64,000 nucleotides of DNA from Octopus bimaculoides (Eukaryota): positions 12,648,060 through 12,712,059 of the forward strand of contig NC_068996.1 of assembly GCF_001194135.2 (NCBI RefSeq), read 5' to 3'. Under the pieces are notes generated by a model that saw only the letters and a list, made by a program, of their open reading frames with translations, made no database searches and was not told the origin of the DNA. Positions 1-11,935 of the stretch are shown one piece after another. A program made the translations under genes and the position numbers. Numbering within the stretch: position 1 is the stretch's first letter; each line of letters starts with the position of its first letter.

Positions 1-49
1 AAAACAACGCCAGATCATATATTCAAAATAAATGGAAGTGGAGAGACAA

Positions 50-90
50 GTTACTGAAGAGATTGCAAGAGTGCAATGAAATAATTTAAC
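50..90 (+). ncRNA. Degenerate minimal hammerhead-ribozyme-like motif in a probable Penelope-derived repeat
   Basis: GTTA-CTGAAGA-G-ATTGCA(AGAG)TGCAAT-GAAA-TAATT-TAAC: both core boxes, a perfect 6-bp helix II and a 4-bp helix I (GTTA/TAAC). Helix III is degenerate. Confidence 0.3.
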
Positions 91-228
91 AAAAAACTAT
101 ATAAATTAATAAAGGACTGAACCAGTGCGTGTGTTTATTACCGGCATAATGCCTCTCCCAAGGTTTAATTGTATTTCTTTCAACACACGTATCCACATCA
201 AGAATCTTGCACACGAAATACACATACG

Positions 229-268
<40 letters not shown>

Positions 269-272
269 GCAA

Positions 273-665
273 GCATGGTGGTGTGGTAAACAGTTTGCTT
301 CGCAACCACATGCTTCCAAGTTCAGTCATACCGTGTGGCACCTTGGGCAAGTGTCTTCTACTATAGCCCCAGACTGACCAAAGCCTATGAGTGGATTTGG
401 TAGATGGAAACTGAAAGAAGCACCTTGTATATATTTATGAGAGTGTATGTGGGTGCATGCATGTGTGTGTGTTTTTGTCCCCCACCACTGCTTGATAACT
501 GGTTCTGGTTTGTTTACATCCCCCATAACTTAACAGTTCAGCACAAGTGATCAATAGAATAAGTACCAGGCTTAAATATGAGCACCAGGAGTGATTTGAT
601 TGACTAAACCCTTCAAGGCGGTGCCCTTCCATGACCACTATCCAATGAGTGAATCAAGTAAAACA
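273..665 (+). mobile_element. tRNA-derived SINE, family A (major ~420-bp family), diverged copy
   Basis: A-box/B-box-like head, internal (TG)n and 3' end 'GACTGAAACAAGTAAAA'-like; colinear with the copy at 18122-18555. Confidence 0.8.
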
Positions 666-666
666 G

Positions 667-707
<41 letters not shown>

Positions 708-1150
708 TTAGTAAATGGAGTAAAATGCATATGTTAAATGAATTCATTTAACATATGCATTTTACTCCATTTACTAAATTTATATATTTACACAAGTACC
801 CAAAATAACAAGGAGTTTCAACCTCATAAACAGGAGTTACACCACAGTCATTTTGTGATCTTTGCTACCCTGGTATCTATTAACCAATTTATTTTGTCCG
901 AGCTAATGATAAAATATATATACATATATATATAAGTTTAGTGATGCAAACAAGAAAAATAGAACTCAAGATATGAGTATGTGTATACTTTTATTATCAA
1001 GTGATAAGTGCCAGTGCATGAAACTCAGCCCTTGAGTCACTCTGCTGCTTGTGCTAGATATTGGTAGATATATATATATACACAAACATACATACATGAA
1101 TATATGTATGCATGTACGTATATATATATGTAAGGAGCAACTGCTGTTAT

Positions 1151-1370
1151 TTAACTCCTCACAGCATTGAAATTGCCCTGTTAGATGTAATGCTTATTAC
1201 TTCACTTGATTTTAAATCATTGTCTCATAGCTTTGAAATTTCAATGATATGATTGTTTATTTTTAGAATGACACTAGGTTAAGTGTGGGGAGCTGGATAT
1301 GGCCAGTTTGAACATAAGCCACATAAGGATATGAATGCCTGGTATGATTGTTTAAATGCTTATGGGTTAA
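1151..1370. mobile_element. piggyBac-type MITE (TTAA...GGGTTAA), diverged
   Basis: Starts TTAACTCC and ends ATGGGTTAA; colinear with the copy at 55459-55674. Confidence 0.6.
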
Positions 1371-1787
1371 GCCAGACTAAACATGTAACATTAAAAAAAT
1401 CAATGCTATATGATTGAAGTTATTCAGTATGTGGATAGTGTTATAATCCAAGCTGTGAAGCACATCTGTATATTCCAGTGCTTCAAAATTTTATGTAGAT
1501 TTTATAATTGTGTGAGAATTACTAATTGAAAATATCTTACACATTTTTCTTACTTGTACAATTTTGTAACTCCTATTTGCAAATGAAACATGTGTAATGA
1601 TGAATAAAAAATAGCAAAATCTTCTTTCAAATATCCTGTTATGATATACATACATGCATATACACACATATACATTTGTATATGTATATATATATATATA
1701 TGTATATAAATATAATAACAGACAAAAGGAATAGAGTGAGCAAGTTCTTTCATTACATTGATTAACAGTTGTCTCATTGAAATTCTA

Positions 1788-2168
1788 TCTCATGAATATT
1801 GCTATATTATGCAATAACATATGAAAAGGTTTATTCATGATATATCAAATTCAACTCATCAGAATTATGTATAAAACTCATCTGCTGTAGATACTTGAAT
1901 TAGCTGTAATTACATGATAGCATTTGCATTTTCTAGTGAATCATAGCAAAGTGAATTACTACTTTGAATTAACTGGTCAAGAAAGATAAATAGAAAAAAA
2001 TACTTCAATAAATGCAGATGTAATCTTGTAAACATGCCCAATCACTAATTATTGATAATTTAAGTTTCTAGTGCAAATGAATTTTATACATAATTCTGAT
2101 GAGTTGAGTAAGACTCCATGAATAAATTGTTGCATATATTATTGCATAATATAACAACATTCATGAGA
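1788..2168. repeat. Fold-back / MITE-like element with ~125-bp imperfect inverted arms
   Basis: 1788-1915 (TCTCATGAATATTGCTATATTATGCAATAA...CAACTCATCAGAATTATGTATAAAACTCAT) is the reverse complement of 2041-2168, with scattered mismatches. Confidence 0.75.
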
Positions 2169-2578
2169 TCAGATTTCATGTTAATTAATGTAATAAAAGG
2201 ACTTTCTCACTCTATTCTTCTTCATTATCAACGTCATCATCACCGTTGGATACTTTGGATACTTGTGGATTTTCAGACATGGGTTTGACAAAACATAAAA
2301 TCTTTGGATTACTATCTGTCTGATAGCCTGTTCCCATGGATGAGCTTAATTGGATAAATTCCAAAATTAATGCCCAGATGAAAGTCTTTATATATATATA
2401 TATNNNNNNNNNNNNNNNNNNNNNNNNNNNNNNNNNNNNNNNNNNNNNNNNNNNNNNNNNNNNNNNNNNNNNNNNGTCTTATAAAAATCAAAGATTTATA
2501 CTAAAATTTTATTTATTCGCTTTCATTTTTATTGATGTTAGGTGTGCACTTCAAGCTTTGCATTCATATTATATACAA

Positions 2579-2727
2579 ACATACATGAAGACATACATAC
2601 ATACATGAAGACATACACACATACATGAAGACATACACACATACATGAAGACATACACACATACATGAAGACATACACACATACATGAAGACATACACAC
2701 ATACATGAAGACACACATACATACATG
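2579..2727. repeat. 20-bp minisatellite (ACATACATGAAGACATACAC) x~7
   Basis: Directly visible tandem units; they abut the tail of the LINE fragment at 2728. Confidence 0.95.
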
Positions 2728-3015
2728 ATGATTGTTCCTTCTTCACAGATGATTACTACCACTCTGAGTTTCCTCATTGTTAGTTGCATTTCTGACTTTC
2801 TGTCCATGACCTCTCAGATGACTATTCAGCCCCATTGCAGCTCTGCGTGGTTTGAAACACAGGTGGCAGACAAAAGCTGTAACTTATAGTTGGATAAGTC
2901 TGCACACGTCGTCACCACTTTTCCATTGTCGTAGAACTTCCAGTAGATGGAATAATGAATAAGGCTACCATAAAGGAAACATCTGTACATCCTGAGTTTA
3001 ACTTTAAATTGCATC
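2728..3015 (-). mobile_element. 3' end of an RTE-type LINE encoding a decayed C-terminal C2H2-like motif
   Basis: Minus-strand translation ..LCFKPRRAAMGLNSHLRGHGQKVRN.. followed by an (ATGT)n tail. Homologous copies at ~14955-15260, ~33325-33590 and ~60680-60955, all on the minus strand. Confidence 0.55.
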
Positions 3016-3016
3016 T

Positions 3017-3290
3017 GGTTGTGGGGCTCCGGTTCAGGAGTTTCAAGATTTTAAGGAGTGTGGAACCACCTGTTAGCCACTATTGTTTCTAGGTCTACTG
3101 TGACCCAGAGTAATAGCATCTGTCAGGGTTTTAGTTTTGGGTTGACTTGCATATGTGATGACAATCCATGGGGACACAAAAATACCCTTGTTAACGTCAG
3201 GTAATGCAGTAAAAAACCACTGGGAATGAGGGGCCTGTAGCTGTGATCGCAACATTCTTTTAGAAGAAGGATCCTTTGATGTAAGAGTTG
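3017..3290. repeat. Interspersed repeat family D (unclassified, retroelement-like)
   Basis: Segment 'AAGGAGTGTGGAACCACC..TTAGCCACTATTGT...' recurs at ~18870-19140 (same strand) and inverted at ~15365-15620 and ~16365-16500. Confidence 0.75.
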
Positions 3291-6200
3291 CAGTTTCACA
3301 TGGTTACTGGTCATCTCACTTTGGCTTGTCACTAAGTTCTGATCACACAGACTTGGAGGTTGGCACTTGTGTGCTACAAGTCTTTATAAATACACACATA
3401 CATGCATGCATACATACACACAAACATGCATATATATATATACACCTATGTGCACACTCAACCATCCACATGTAAGTGGATAGTAATTTTCTTGCCCTGA
3501 TTCCTAATTTCTTCCTGCCCCACTTTGCTAAACTGCGGAAATGGTAACAAATATTCTGTGATTAATTACCATATTAAATGAAACTGCGGCCATCACCTTT
3601 GTATCTTCTGTTATAAATCTCTTTTGGTATTTCAGACACTTGATTCTGGAGTTTGTGGGAGGTTACATATGCATGTATATATGTATATGTGTGAGCATGC
3701 GTGTACATCTGTGTGCATGTGTGTGTGTATGTTTGTGTATATAAGACAAGACTCCTTGAATGTGTGGAGAGTGGTACTGAGGGAGGTTTGTTTTGTGCAC
3801 AGTGATGAGAGGTTAGTATATGAATAAGTAACACAAATAGGTGTCTTGTTCTAGCGGAGACACAGTGGAGAAACATTGAAGAAAGAAACAGAGAAACAGT
3901 GGAGAGAGAGAGAGATAGAGATAGAACAGATGGTTGTGAAAATGTGTCAGGGCATACTTTGATGGGTTGTATTGAGAAATGGAACATATCAACAGTGTCT
4001 TTAAGTGTAAAGTAATTAAAGATACACACCATTGATTAATAAGACAAAGTATAGATTGTAAGCATTAAGTGATAAAATATAGTATTATTGATGAAGGACA
4101 TACGAGTGGAAAATCAACAAAAAATAACAAAGAAAATCAATGAGGGATTTATTGGAGACTTTGTTACTAAAATACAAATAGACAAGCTTATATGTAAAAT
4201 GAAAGACAATATATGCTTCTAAACTTCTAAAAATGTTTCATAAAAATCTGATTAAGCATTTTGTGTGACTCCAATTAATGGGCAGAGATAATATAAAAAT
4301 AAATAGATAAATGCTGCAGGTGCTGGTGAATAAATGAATGAAGGCAACATGTGATGAAGAGAACTGTTTAATCTTACATGGGACAAGACAAGCTTTCAAG
4401 TGCTGGTGCATTATCATTGTCATTTAACACCTGTTTTTCAAACTGGCATGGGTTGGACAGTTTGACAGGAGCTGACAAGCTAGAGGACTGTGCCAAGTTC
4501 TGCTGTCTGCTTTGGCATGGTTTCTATAGCTGGGTACCCTTCTTAAGCACAACCATTTTACAGAGATTTGATGACATTCTTCCATGCTAGCATGGGTTGG
4601 AAGGTTTGACAGGAGCTGGCAAGTCAGAAGACTGCTCCAAGCTCTACTGCCTGTTTTGGCATGGTTTCTACAGCTTCCTAATACCAACTATTGTACAGAG
4701 TGTACTGGGTGCTTTTATTGTGGTATCAACATTGATAAGGTCATAAAGTAACTTACAAGACAAGACCCCCTCAACTGAAGTGGGTGGGGAGTAGTATTGA
4801 AGGGAGGTGAGAGGTCAGAATATGAATTGTGGGACAGAAATATGTCTTGCAGTAAAGGAGACACATGGCTACTTCAGTTTGAAAGATTGTTAGATATATA
4901 TGTATATAAATGGATCATCTTTATCATCATCATCATTGAATGTCCATTTTCCATGCTGGCATGGGTTGGACTGTTTGAGGGGAGCTGGTAAATCAAAAGA
5001 CTGTGTTAAGTTCCTGCTGTCTACTTTGGCATGATTTCTACAGTCAGANNNNNNNNNNAAAAGACTGTGTTAAGTTCCTGCTGTCTACTTTGGCATGATT
5101 TCTACAGTCAGATGCCCTTTCTTATGCCAACCACTTCCCAGAACGTTGTGGGTACTTTTATCACTAGGCACAATCACCAGCAAGGTTGCCAAGTTACTTG
5201 CAAGACAAGACCCCTCATCTGATTAGGGGTGAGTAGTATTGAGAGAAGTGACTTTGAGCCAGGTAGGGAAGAGTATGAATAAAGGGACTGAAATAAGTGT
5301 CTAGCAGTAGAGGAAATACTTGGCTGTCCCAGTTGGAGAAAGGGTTGAAAGGTAAGAAAGAGAGAGAGAGAGGCGGGAGAGAGAGGAGAGATGAAATAGC
5401 AAAGGTGTGCTAGGACATACACTCAAGTTGCAAGAAGGTGTATATAAGTGGAATTGAACCAGGGTTTGGATAGGGTGAGTTCACAAGGTTGTGAAAGGAG
5501 AGTGAGAGATGGGAGGGGAGAGAAATGTAGTGAATGGATGTAAATAGAGGGAGAGGGTGTGAGAAAGAAGGATGTGTTATGGGTAAGAGATTTAACAGGG
5601 GGCATGTTGTGTGCAGATAGGTTCATGAAGGGAGAGAAATATAGCGAGTGGCAAATCCAGGTGGAGGTGTTAGGGAGGTTGTTGTGGGGAAGAAGTTTAT
5701 CAGGGACAAATGGTATGCAGGGGCATAGACATAAACAAGATAACTGGATGAGTCTTCTCATGCACAGCAAATTATCAATCACTACAGTCTTTTGTCATCT
5801 CCTCTGTGAGGTTCAACATCTAAAGATCATTTTTCCCTCATTTTATGTGATAAAATTATGAAAAGAAGGGGGAAAAAAACCTTCCTTGGTCTTCCTCTTT
5901 TCATATTCTAAAAGCACTTTCGTTCAGAAACAATAATATTAATAATTTCTTTATACATTACTTTGACCATTCTTATTTAAAGAATTATCTTCCATGGAAA
6001 TTCCATCTCAGAGATGAAATAAAAAGATTTGCGAAGATTAAATTCTTATAAAAATCAATGAAATTGTTTCTTATAACTGCTGGGATTGACCAAAGTCATT
6101 TGGTTTGGATATTTTCCAGTAAAATATAACTTAGATGCTAAATTAATGATAGCAGAAGCATTGCATTAAAGATTGTTCAAAAAAAGCATTTACAAGAGAG

Positions 6201-7237
6201 AGAGAAAAATAAAGAGAGAGAGAGGGGGGGAGAGGGAGGATGGGGAGAGAGGGAGGATGGGGAGAGAGAAAGATTTGAACGTAGGTGCAGGTGTGGCTGT
6301 GTAGTAAGAAATTTGCTTCCCAACTACTTGGTTCTGGGTTCAGTCCCACTGCATGCCATCTTGGGCAAGCATCTTCTACTATAACCCTGGGTCAATGAAA
6401 GCTTTGTGAGTGGATTTGATGGATGGAAACTGAAAGAAATTCATCTTATATAAGCTCAGGCATGTTTTCAGCTGGTACAGAGGACAACATACGATGCCAT
6501 CCACCTTTATAAAAAGGGTTTATTTACCATCATAAATTACACCCTTCGTCCCATATTGAAATCAAAGGAAATTTTGATAAGTGGACTGTTACCATACTAC
6601 TCATGGCTTAACAACTAAAGTTGCTAAAACCCCAAATAAAGATCTGAGAATGCAATGGAATGGAAAGGGTAAATAAAGATTACAAATATTTCATAGTGAA
6701 AATAATGTTTGTTGCATAACTTGTAATACATAAAACCTGCTTAGTTAATCTTTGGGTCTTATTACCTTCAAGTTGTTTACATTGTCACGTGAAAATGAGT
6801 AAATGTATTAATCATTGTTTTAGCTATGAAACATTTGTAGTCTTATTTACCTTTTTTATTCCTTATATTCTTGGATATCCATCCATCCATCCATCCATCC
6901 ATCCATCCATCCATCCATCCATCCATCTCTCTCCCTCTCCCTCTCTATAAATGATTATCATATGAACATCTTTAGCTTACACCTGTTTCTGCTATAAGAG
7001 ACAGTGGACGTTGCAGCTTCATATTCAAAGCCCCAATGAAGCTCTAAGATGAGTCCATTGCCACTTGTGGCAGAAACAACTGTAAGTTAATGAAGTTCAT
7101 AAGATAATCATTTATTCCTTTTTTGTTCCATTTTCTCATTGCTGCTCTGCACTCAATTATTTCTTCTGAAGCATTTGTATGTTGTGTTCTACACCAGGTT
7201 ATTAGTCTTGCAATGCCTAAGTGAAATGTATATATAT

Positions 7238-7623
7238 TTGTTGTTGGCACTCCGTCACTTACGATGTCGAGGGTTCTAGTTGATCCGATCAATGGAACAG
7301 CTTGATCTTGAAATTAACGTGCAAGTGACTGAGCACTCCACAGACATGTGTACCCTTAACGTAGTTCTCGGGGATATTCAGAGTGATACAGTGTGACAAG
7401 GCTGACCCTTTCAATTACAGGCACAACAGAAACAGGAAGTAAGAGTGAGAGAAAGTTGTGGTGGAAGAGTACAGCAGGGTTCACCACCATCCCCTGCTGG
7501 AGCCTCATGGAGCTTTAGGTGTTTTCGCTCAATAAACACTCACAACGCCCGGTCTGGGAATCGAAACCGCGATCCTATGATTGTGAGTCTGCTGCCCTAA
7601 CCACTGGGCCATTGCGCCTCCAC
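7238..7623 (-). mobile_element. tRNA-derived SINE, family C, near full length
   Basis: Minus-strand head GTGGAGGCGCAATGGCCCAGTGGTTAGGGCAG...GGTTTCGATTCCCAGACC (A/B boxes); near-identical copy at 61003-61372. Confidence 0.85.
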
Positions 7624-7963
7624 GGAAATGTATAGAATACATACATAACACACGCACACACACAAAGGCACATGGCCTAGTGGTTAGTGTGCTGCACTGA
7701 CAATCACAAGATCGTGCTTTCAATTTCATTTCCATTGTGCATTGTGTTCATGGGTAAAGCACCTCATATCACGTTACTCCAGTCCACTCCACTGTAAAAT
7801 AGGTAACCTTGTGATGGATTGGCATACAATGATGAGATGGCAACTCAGAAAAATCACCCAAGTAGACTATGTTTTATATTCAGTAATTAAACAGATGGAA
7901 AGTACAACGCTTACTGTGAATCCTGACTGGTTGGGATTGGTCATTCAATCATGTGAGAGGTCG

Positions 7964-8020
<57 letters not shown>

Positions 8021-8677
8021 ACGTGTATGTATGTGTATATTGAATATAATGCTCTTCTTTTAAATCTATGCTTGTTCATTGGCTGTCAGTGCTCCAACTT
8101 TGGATTGATTCTGACTCTATCTATTTTCCATGGTTTGTCACTGATCCAAAAACCGGTTTCCTTTATTTCTTACCATCAGTATTGATCAGTACTGATCCAG
8201 AAGTTGTTGTGTGCGGGGATTTTTTTTTCTTGGTTTTTTTTTTCATGTGGAAATGGATCTTTTTTTGAAGAAGCATAGAAGTAAGTGGAGGCATGGCTAT
8301 GTGAAAAGAAGTTTTGTTTTCCAACAGATGGTTCTGGATTCAATCCCACTCTTGGCATCTTGGGCAAATGTCTTCAACTATTGCCTCATGCTGATCAGTG
8401 TCTTCTAAGTGGTTTTGGTAGATGGATACTGAAAGAACCCAACTGTGTATATACATACATCACACACACACACACACACACAGCAATGTAACTACACGTG
8501 TGCTGTTGGGAATTTCTTTTCCTTCTTTCCAACGAAGGGTTATGCTTGAAACATCAAACTCTCTCTTTTCACCATGCATCAAGTTAATATGTTTATTGTG
8601 CATGTCCTCTTCATTAATTTTTACTCGTTTATCTAAATTAATTGTTTATTTGAATTGACTATATATATATATATATA

Positions 8678-8847
8678 ATCATAAATATACAGGGATTAGC
8701 AATTGAGTTGCTTCTCCAACATACTGAAAATTTAGAAATAGCAGTCAAAGAACTACTGATTCTAAACTACAGTTCTTTGACTGCTATTTCTAAATTTTCA
8801 GTATGTTGGAGAAGCAACTCAATTGCTAATCCCTGTATATTTATGAT
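8678..8847. repeat. Perfect palindrome: two identical 77-bp inverted arms with a 16-nt spacer
   Basis: 8678-8754 is the exact reverse complement of 8771-8847 (checked base by base). Contains TACAGGG...CCCTGTA, a Tc1/mariner-like terminus. Confidence 0.95.
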
Positions 8848-8995
8848 GATAAATAGTTTTNNNNNNNNNNNNNNNNNNNNNNNNNNNNNNNNNNNNNNNN
8901 NNNNNNNNNNNNNNNNNNNNNNNNNNNNNNNNNNNNNNNNNNNNNNNNNNNNNNNNNNNNNNNNNNNNNNNNNNNNNNNNNNNNNNNNNNNNNNN

Positions 8996-9031
<36 letters not shown>

Positions 9032-9284
9032 AGTGAAAACTAGTTCAGTCATCCCTGCCCTACTCAGGAGAAGCATGCAGACTAAAAGGTGAAATATTTG
9101 TTACTCTGAGATACCTACTGATGATAATGAAAGGTTTCCGACATTGCAATGAAGTTAGAAGAACTTGAAAAACCTCTGAGTTGCTCCCGCACTTTCTGCA
9201 CGGGACAAAGCACTTTTCAATGTTTATTTCACCTCACATGCACTGACAAGTTCTCACCATCTTCATCCAACTGGTTTTGAGTTT

Positions 9285-10056
9285 TGTTTTATACCCAACT
9301 TGATGTGGATGTTTTTTTAGATTGCCTAAAACTGGCATTCGCCTTGACAGGTTCTCTCATATGGAAACATGGTGCATAAAAGCACACATAGATGCAGGCG
9401 TGGCTGTGTGGTAAGATGCTTGCTTCCCTTCCACATGACTCCAGGTTTAGTCTTACTGCATGACACCTTGGGCTAATGTCTTCTATAGCATCAGGCTGAC
9501 CAAAGTGTTGTGAGTGAATTTGGTTGATCGAGACTAAAAAAAAGCCCATTGTACATATTGTGTGTGTGTTTGTATCTCTTTTTGTCCCCCTCCACCAGTC
9601 GTTGGTGTGTTTATGTCCCTGTTACTTAGCAGTTTGGCAAAAGACACTGATAGAATAAGTACTAGGCTTACAAAAAAAAAAGTCTTGGGGTCAATTTGTT
9701 CAAGTGAAAAGCCTTCAGTATGGACACAGTCAAATGATTAAAACAAATGAAAGGGCCAAATAAGAGGACTGTCTGCCATGGGTTGTAGTATTAGTGCTCA
9801 AACAAAACAAGCAGATTAATTTGGATATAAAGATTGCATATTGGTTCTAATGCTTCTCCTTCTGTTGTCATGCATAACATTGAAATTACATGACCTGGCA
9901 CTCCCTCCTAGTGCTTGTAAGTGACAAGTCACGTCTGTCAACAATATAAACGTGTGCTTTTATGCAACATGCATCCACACGAGAGGTCCTCTCGTGGTAA
10001 GTAACGCAGTATTCTGTATTCTAACACAACATCCACATTAAGTTGGATATGAAGAT
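9285..10056. mobile_element. MITE-like element split by a nested family A SINE (~9393-9750)
   Basis: Left end TTATACCCAACTTGATGTGGATG and right end CATCCACATTAAGTTGGATATGAAG are mutually inverted and match the ends of the element at 56509-56945. Confidence 0.55.
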
Positions 10057-10605
10057 CGTCTTTTCATATTAACATTTCTTCTGTCACTAATAATTATTTT
10101 GTTTTATTTTACGGTGTAAAGTTCTCCTATTCAGCTTCTTTTATTCATCACATATTTTTAAATTATTAATAAAACTCTTAAAGTTTAACCCTTTCGTGAC
10201 TAAATTTCAAATGAAATTCAATGCTTGTCTCTTTCAATTGATTTTGAAATTAATCATTAATTTAGAAATATTTCATAAAATAATGAACTTTGTCATTATC
10301 AACAAATGTTGTTGTTTGGAACATGTCTTAAGAAAAAGTTCTTGCATAAAATTATAATGGCAGGTTTCATTTTTAATCATGGGCAGTTTAAAACGAAACA
10401 ATTTGTATGATAAAAACAAATCAGTTTTAGACAGTAAGGTGAAGGTGGGGAAAGGGCTAGAACGAGATTACTGTAAAATTGCATACTGACTAAGGTTATA
10501 TACACACACATATACAAATATATATACATGCATGCATACATACATACATACATACATACACATGCGCAGGTGTGGCTATAGGCACAGGCATTGCTNNNNN
10601 NNNNN

Positions 10606-11027
10606 TGCGCAGGTGTGGCTATAGGCACAGGCATTGCTGTGTGGTAAGAAGCTTGCTTCCCAACCACATGGTTCCAGGTTCAGTCCCACTTAGCAGCACC
10701 TTGAGCAAGTGTCTTCTACTATAGCCTCGGGCCAACCAAAGCTTTGTGAGTGGATTTGGTAGACAGAAACTGAAAGAAGCCTGTTGTGTGTATATATATG
10801 TGTGTGTGTGTGTGTATGTATATATTTGTGTGTCTGCGTTTGTTCCCCCCCCCCATTGCTTGATAACGAATGTTGGTGTGTTTACGTCCCTGTAACTTAG
10901 CAGTTGTGCAAAAGAGATGGATAGAATAAGTACTAAGCTTACAAAGAATAAGTCCTGGGGTCAATTTGTTCGACTTAAGGAAGTGCTCCAGCATGGCCAC
11001 AGTCAAATGACTGAAACAAGTAAAAGA

Positions 11028-11030
<3 letters not shown>
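10606..11030 (+). mobile_element. Family A SINE, full length
   Basis: Colinear with 18122-18555 from GCAGGTGTGGCT to GAAACAAGTAAAAGAG. Confidence 0.85.
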
Positions 11031-11103
<73 letters not shown>

Positions 11104-11404
11104 TTCAAATTTACAGAAAACAAAAGACAAAGACAGTTGTAAGAACAACAATCAGGTGTATTATTTTAATGCTCGGGAAGAATGGATAAGTCTTTTACAT
11201 TTTGAGCCTACACTCTTCAACAGAAAGGATTATTTATAGGCATGTTTATCTTGATATGAGCTGACCATGTCACACATATATGGTTGTGATGTATGTGCCT
11301 GGTGTACCCTTATCAGGTGGGTAATCATAATGGATATATTGGCCTTTGTATATTTGTACCCCAGCATCTCTTAGATAGCATGCACTGCGCTCTTACCCAA
11401 TCCT

Positions 11405-11935
11405 AATAATAATAATGATAATAAAAATAATCCTTTCTACTATAGGCCCAATGCCTGAGATTTCAGGGGAGGTGGCCAGTCAATTACATCGACTCTAGTA
11501 CTTAACTGGTACTTATTTTATTGACCCCAAAATGATGAAAGCCAAAGTCAGCCTTGATGGAATTTGAACTCAGATGGACTATATGTCACTAAGCATTTTG
11601 CTCAGCAAGCTAACAGTCCTGCCAGCCTGTAGCAATAGTAATAATAATCATAATAATAATAATAACAATAGTCCTTTCTACTATAGGCATAAGGCCTGAA
11701 ATTTTTGGGGTAGGGTAAGTTGATTACATCAACCCCAGTGTGTAACTTGTACTTATTTAATTGTTCCTGAAAGGATGAAAGGCAAAGTCAACCTCAGCAG
11801 AATTTGAACTCAGAACATAAAGACAAATGCTGCTGAGCATTTTGTCTGGCCTGCTAACAATTCTACCAGCTCACCTCCTTGATAATGATAATAATAATAA
11901 TAATAATAATAACAATAATAATAATAATAATAATA
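11405..11935 (-). mobile_element. Head-to-tail dimer of family B SINEs separated and flanked by (TAA)n
   Basis: Two successive copies of the reverse complement of the 23814-type SINE (GAAAGGATGAAAGGCAAAGTCAACCTCAGCAGAATTTGAACTCAG), each bounded by TAA runs. Confidence 0.75.

Noticed and set aside
2579-2727. Regular repeats that might suggest a CRISPR array (also 29929-30048, 26430-26810, 39069-39215)
   Set aside because: The units are contiguous with no unique spacers, in eukaryotic DNA; they are minisatellites or retroelement UTR repeats.
4995-5110. Exact direct repeats flanking short gaps (also 10562-10640, 19240-19440)
   Set aside because: The same sequence on both sides of an N-run is typical of unmerged contig overlaps, i.e. 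an assembly artefact.
6990-7095. Apparent minus-strand exon VSATSGNGLILELHWGFEYEAATSTVSYSRNR with plausible splice sites
   Set aside because: A homologous, frame-disrupted copy lies at ~49860-49975, so it is an interspersed repeat.
7540-7623. tRNA-like sequences (also the heads at 18122, 61290 and 62547)
   Set aside because: These are SINE heads continuing into SINE bodies, with no complete cloverleaf or acceptor stem.
8480-8630. Open minus-strand frame KRVKINEEDMHNKHINLMHGEKREFDVSSITLRW
   Set aside because: It aligns with the short Penelope-like repeats at 11100 and 19816; the open frame is probably fortuitous.
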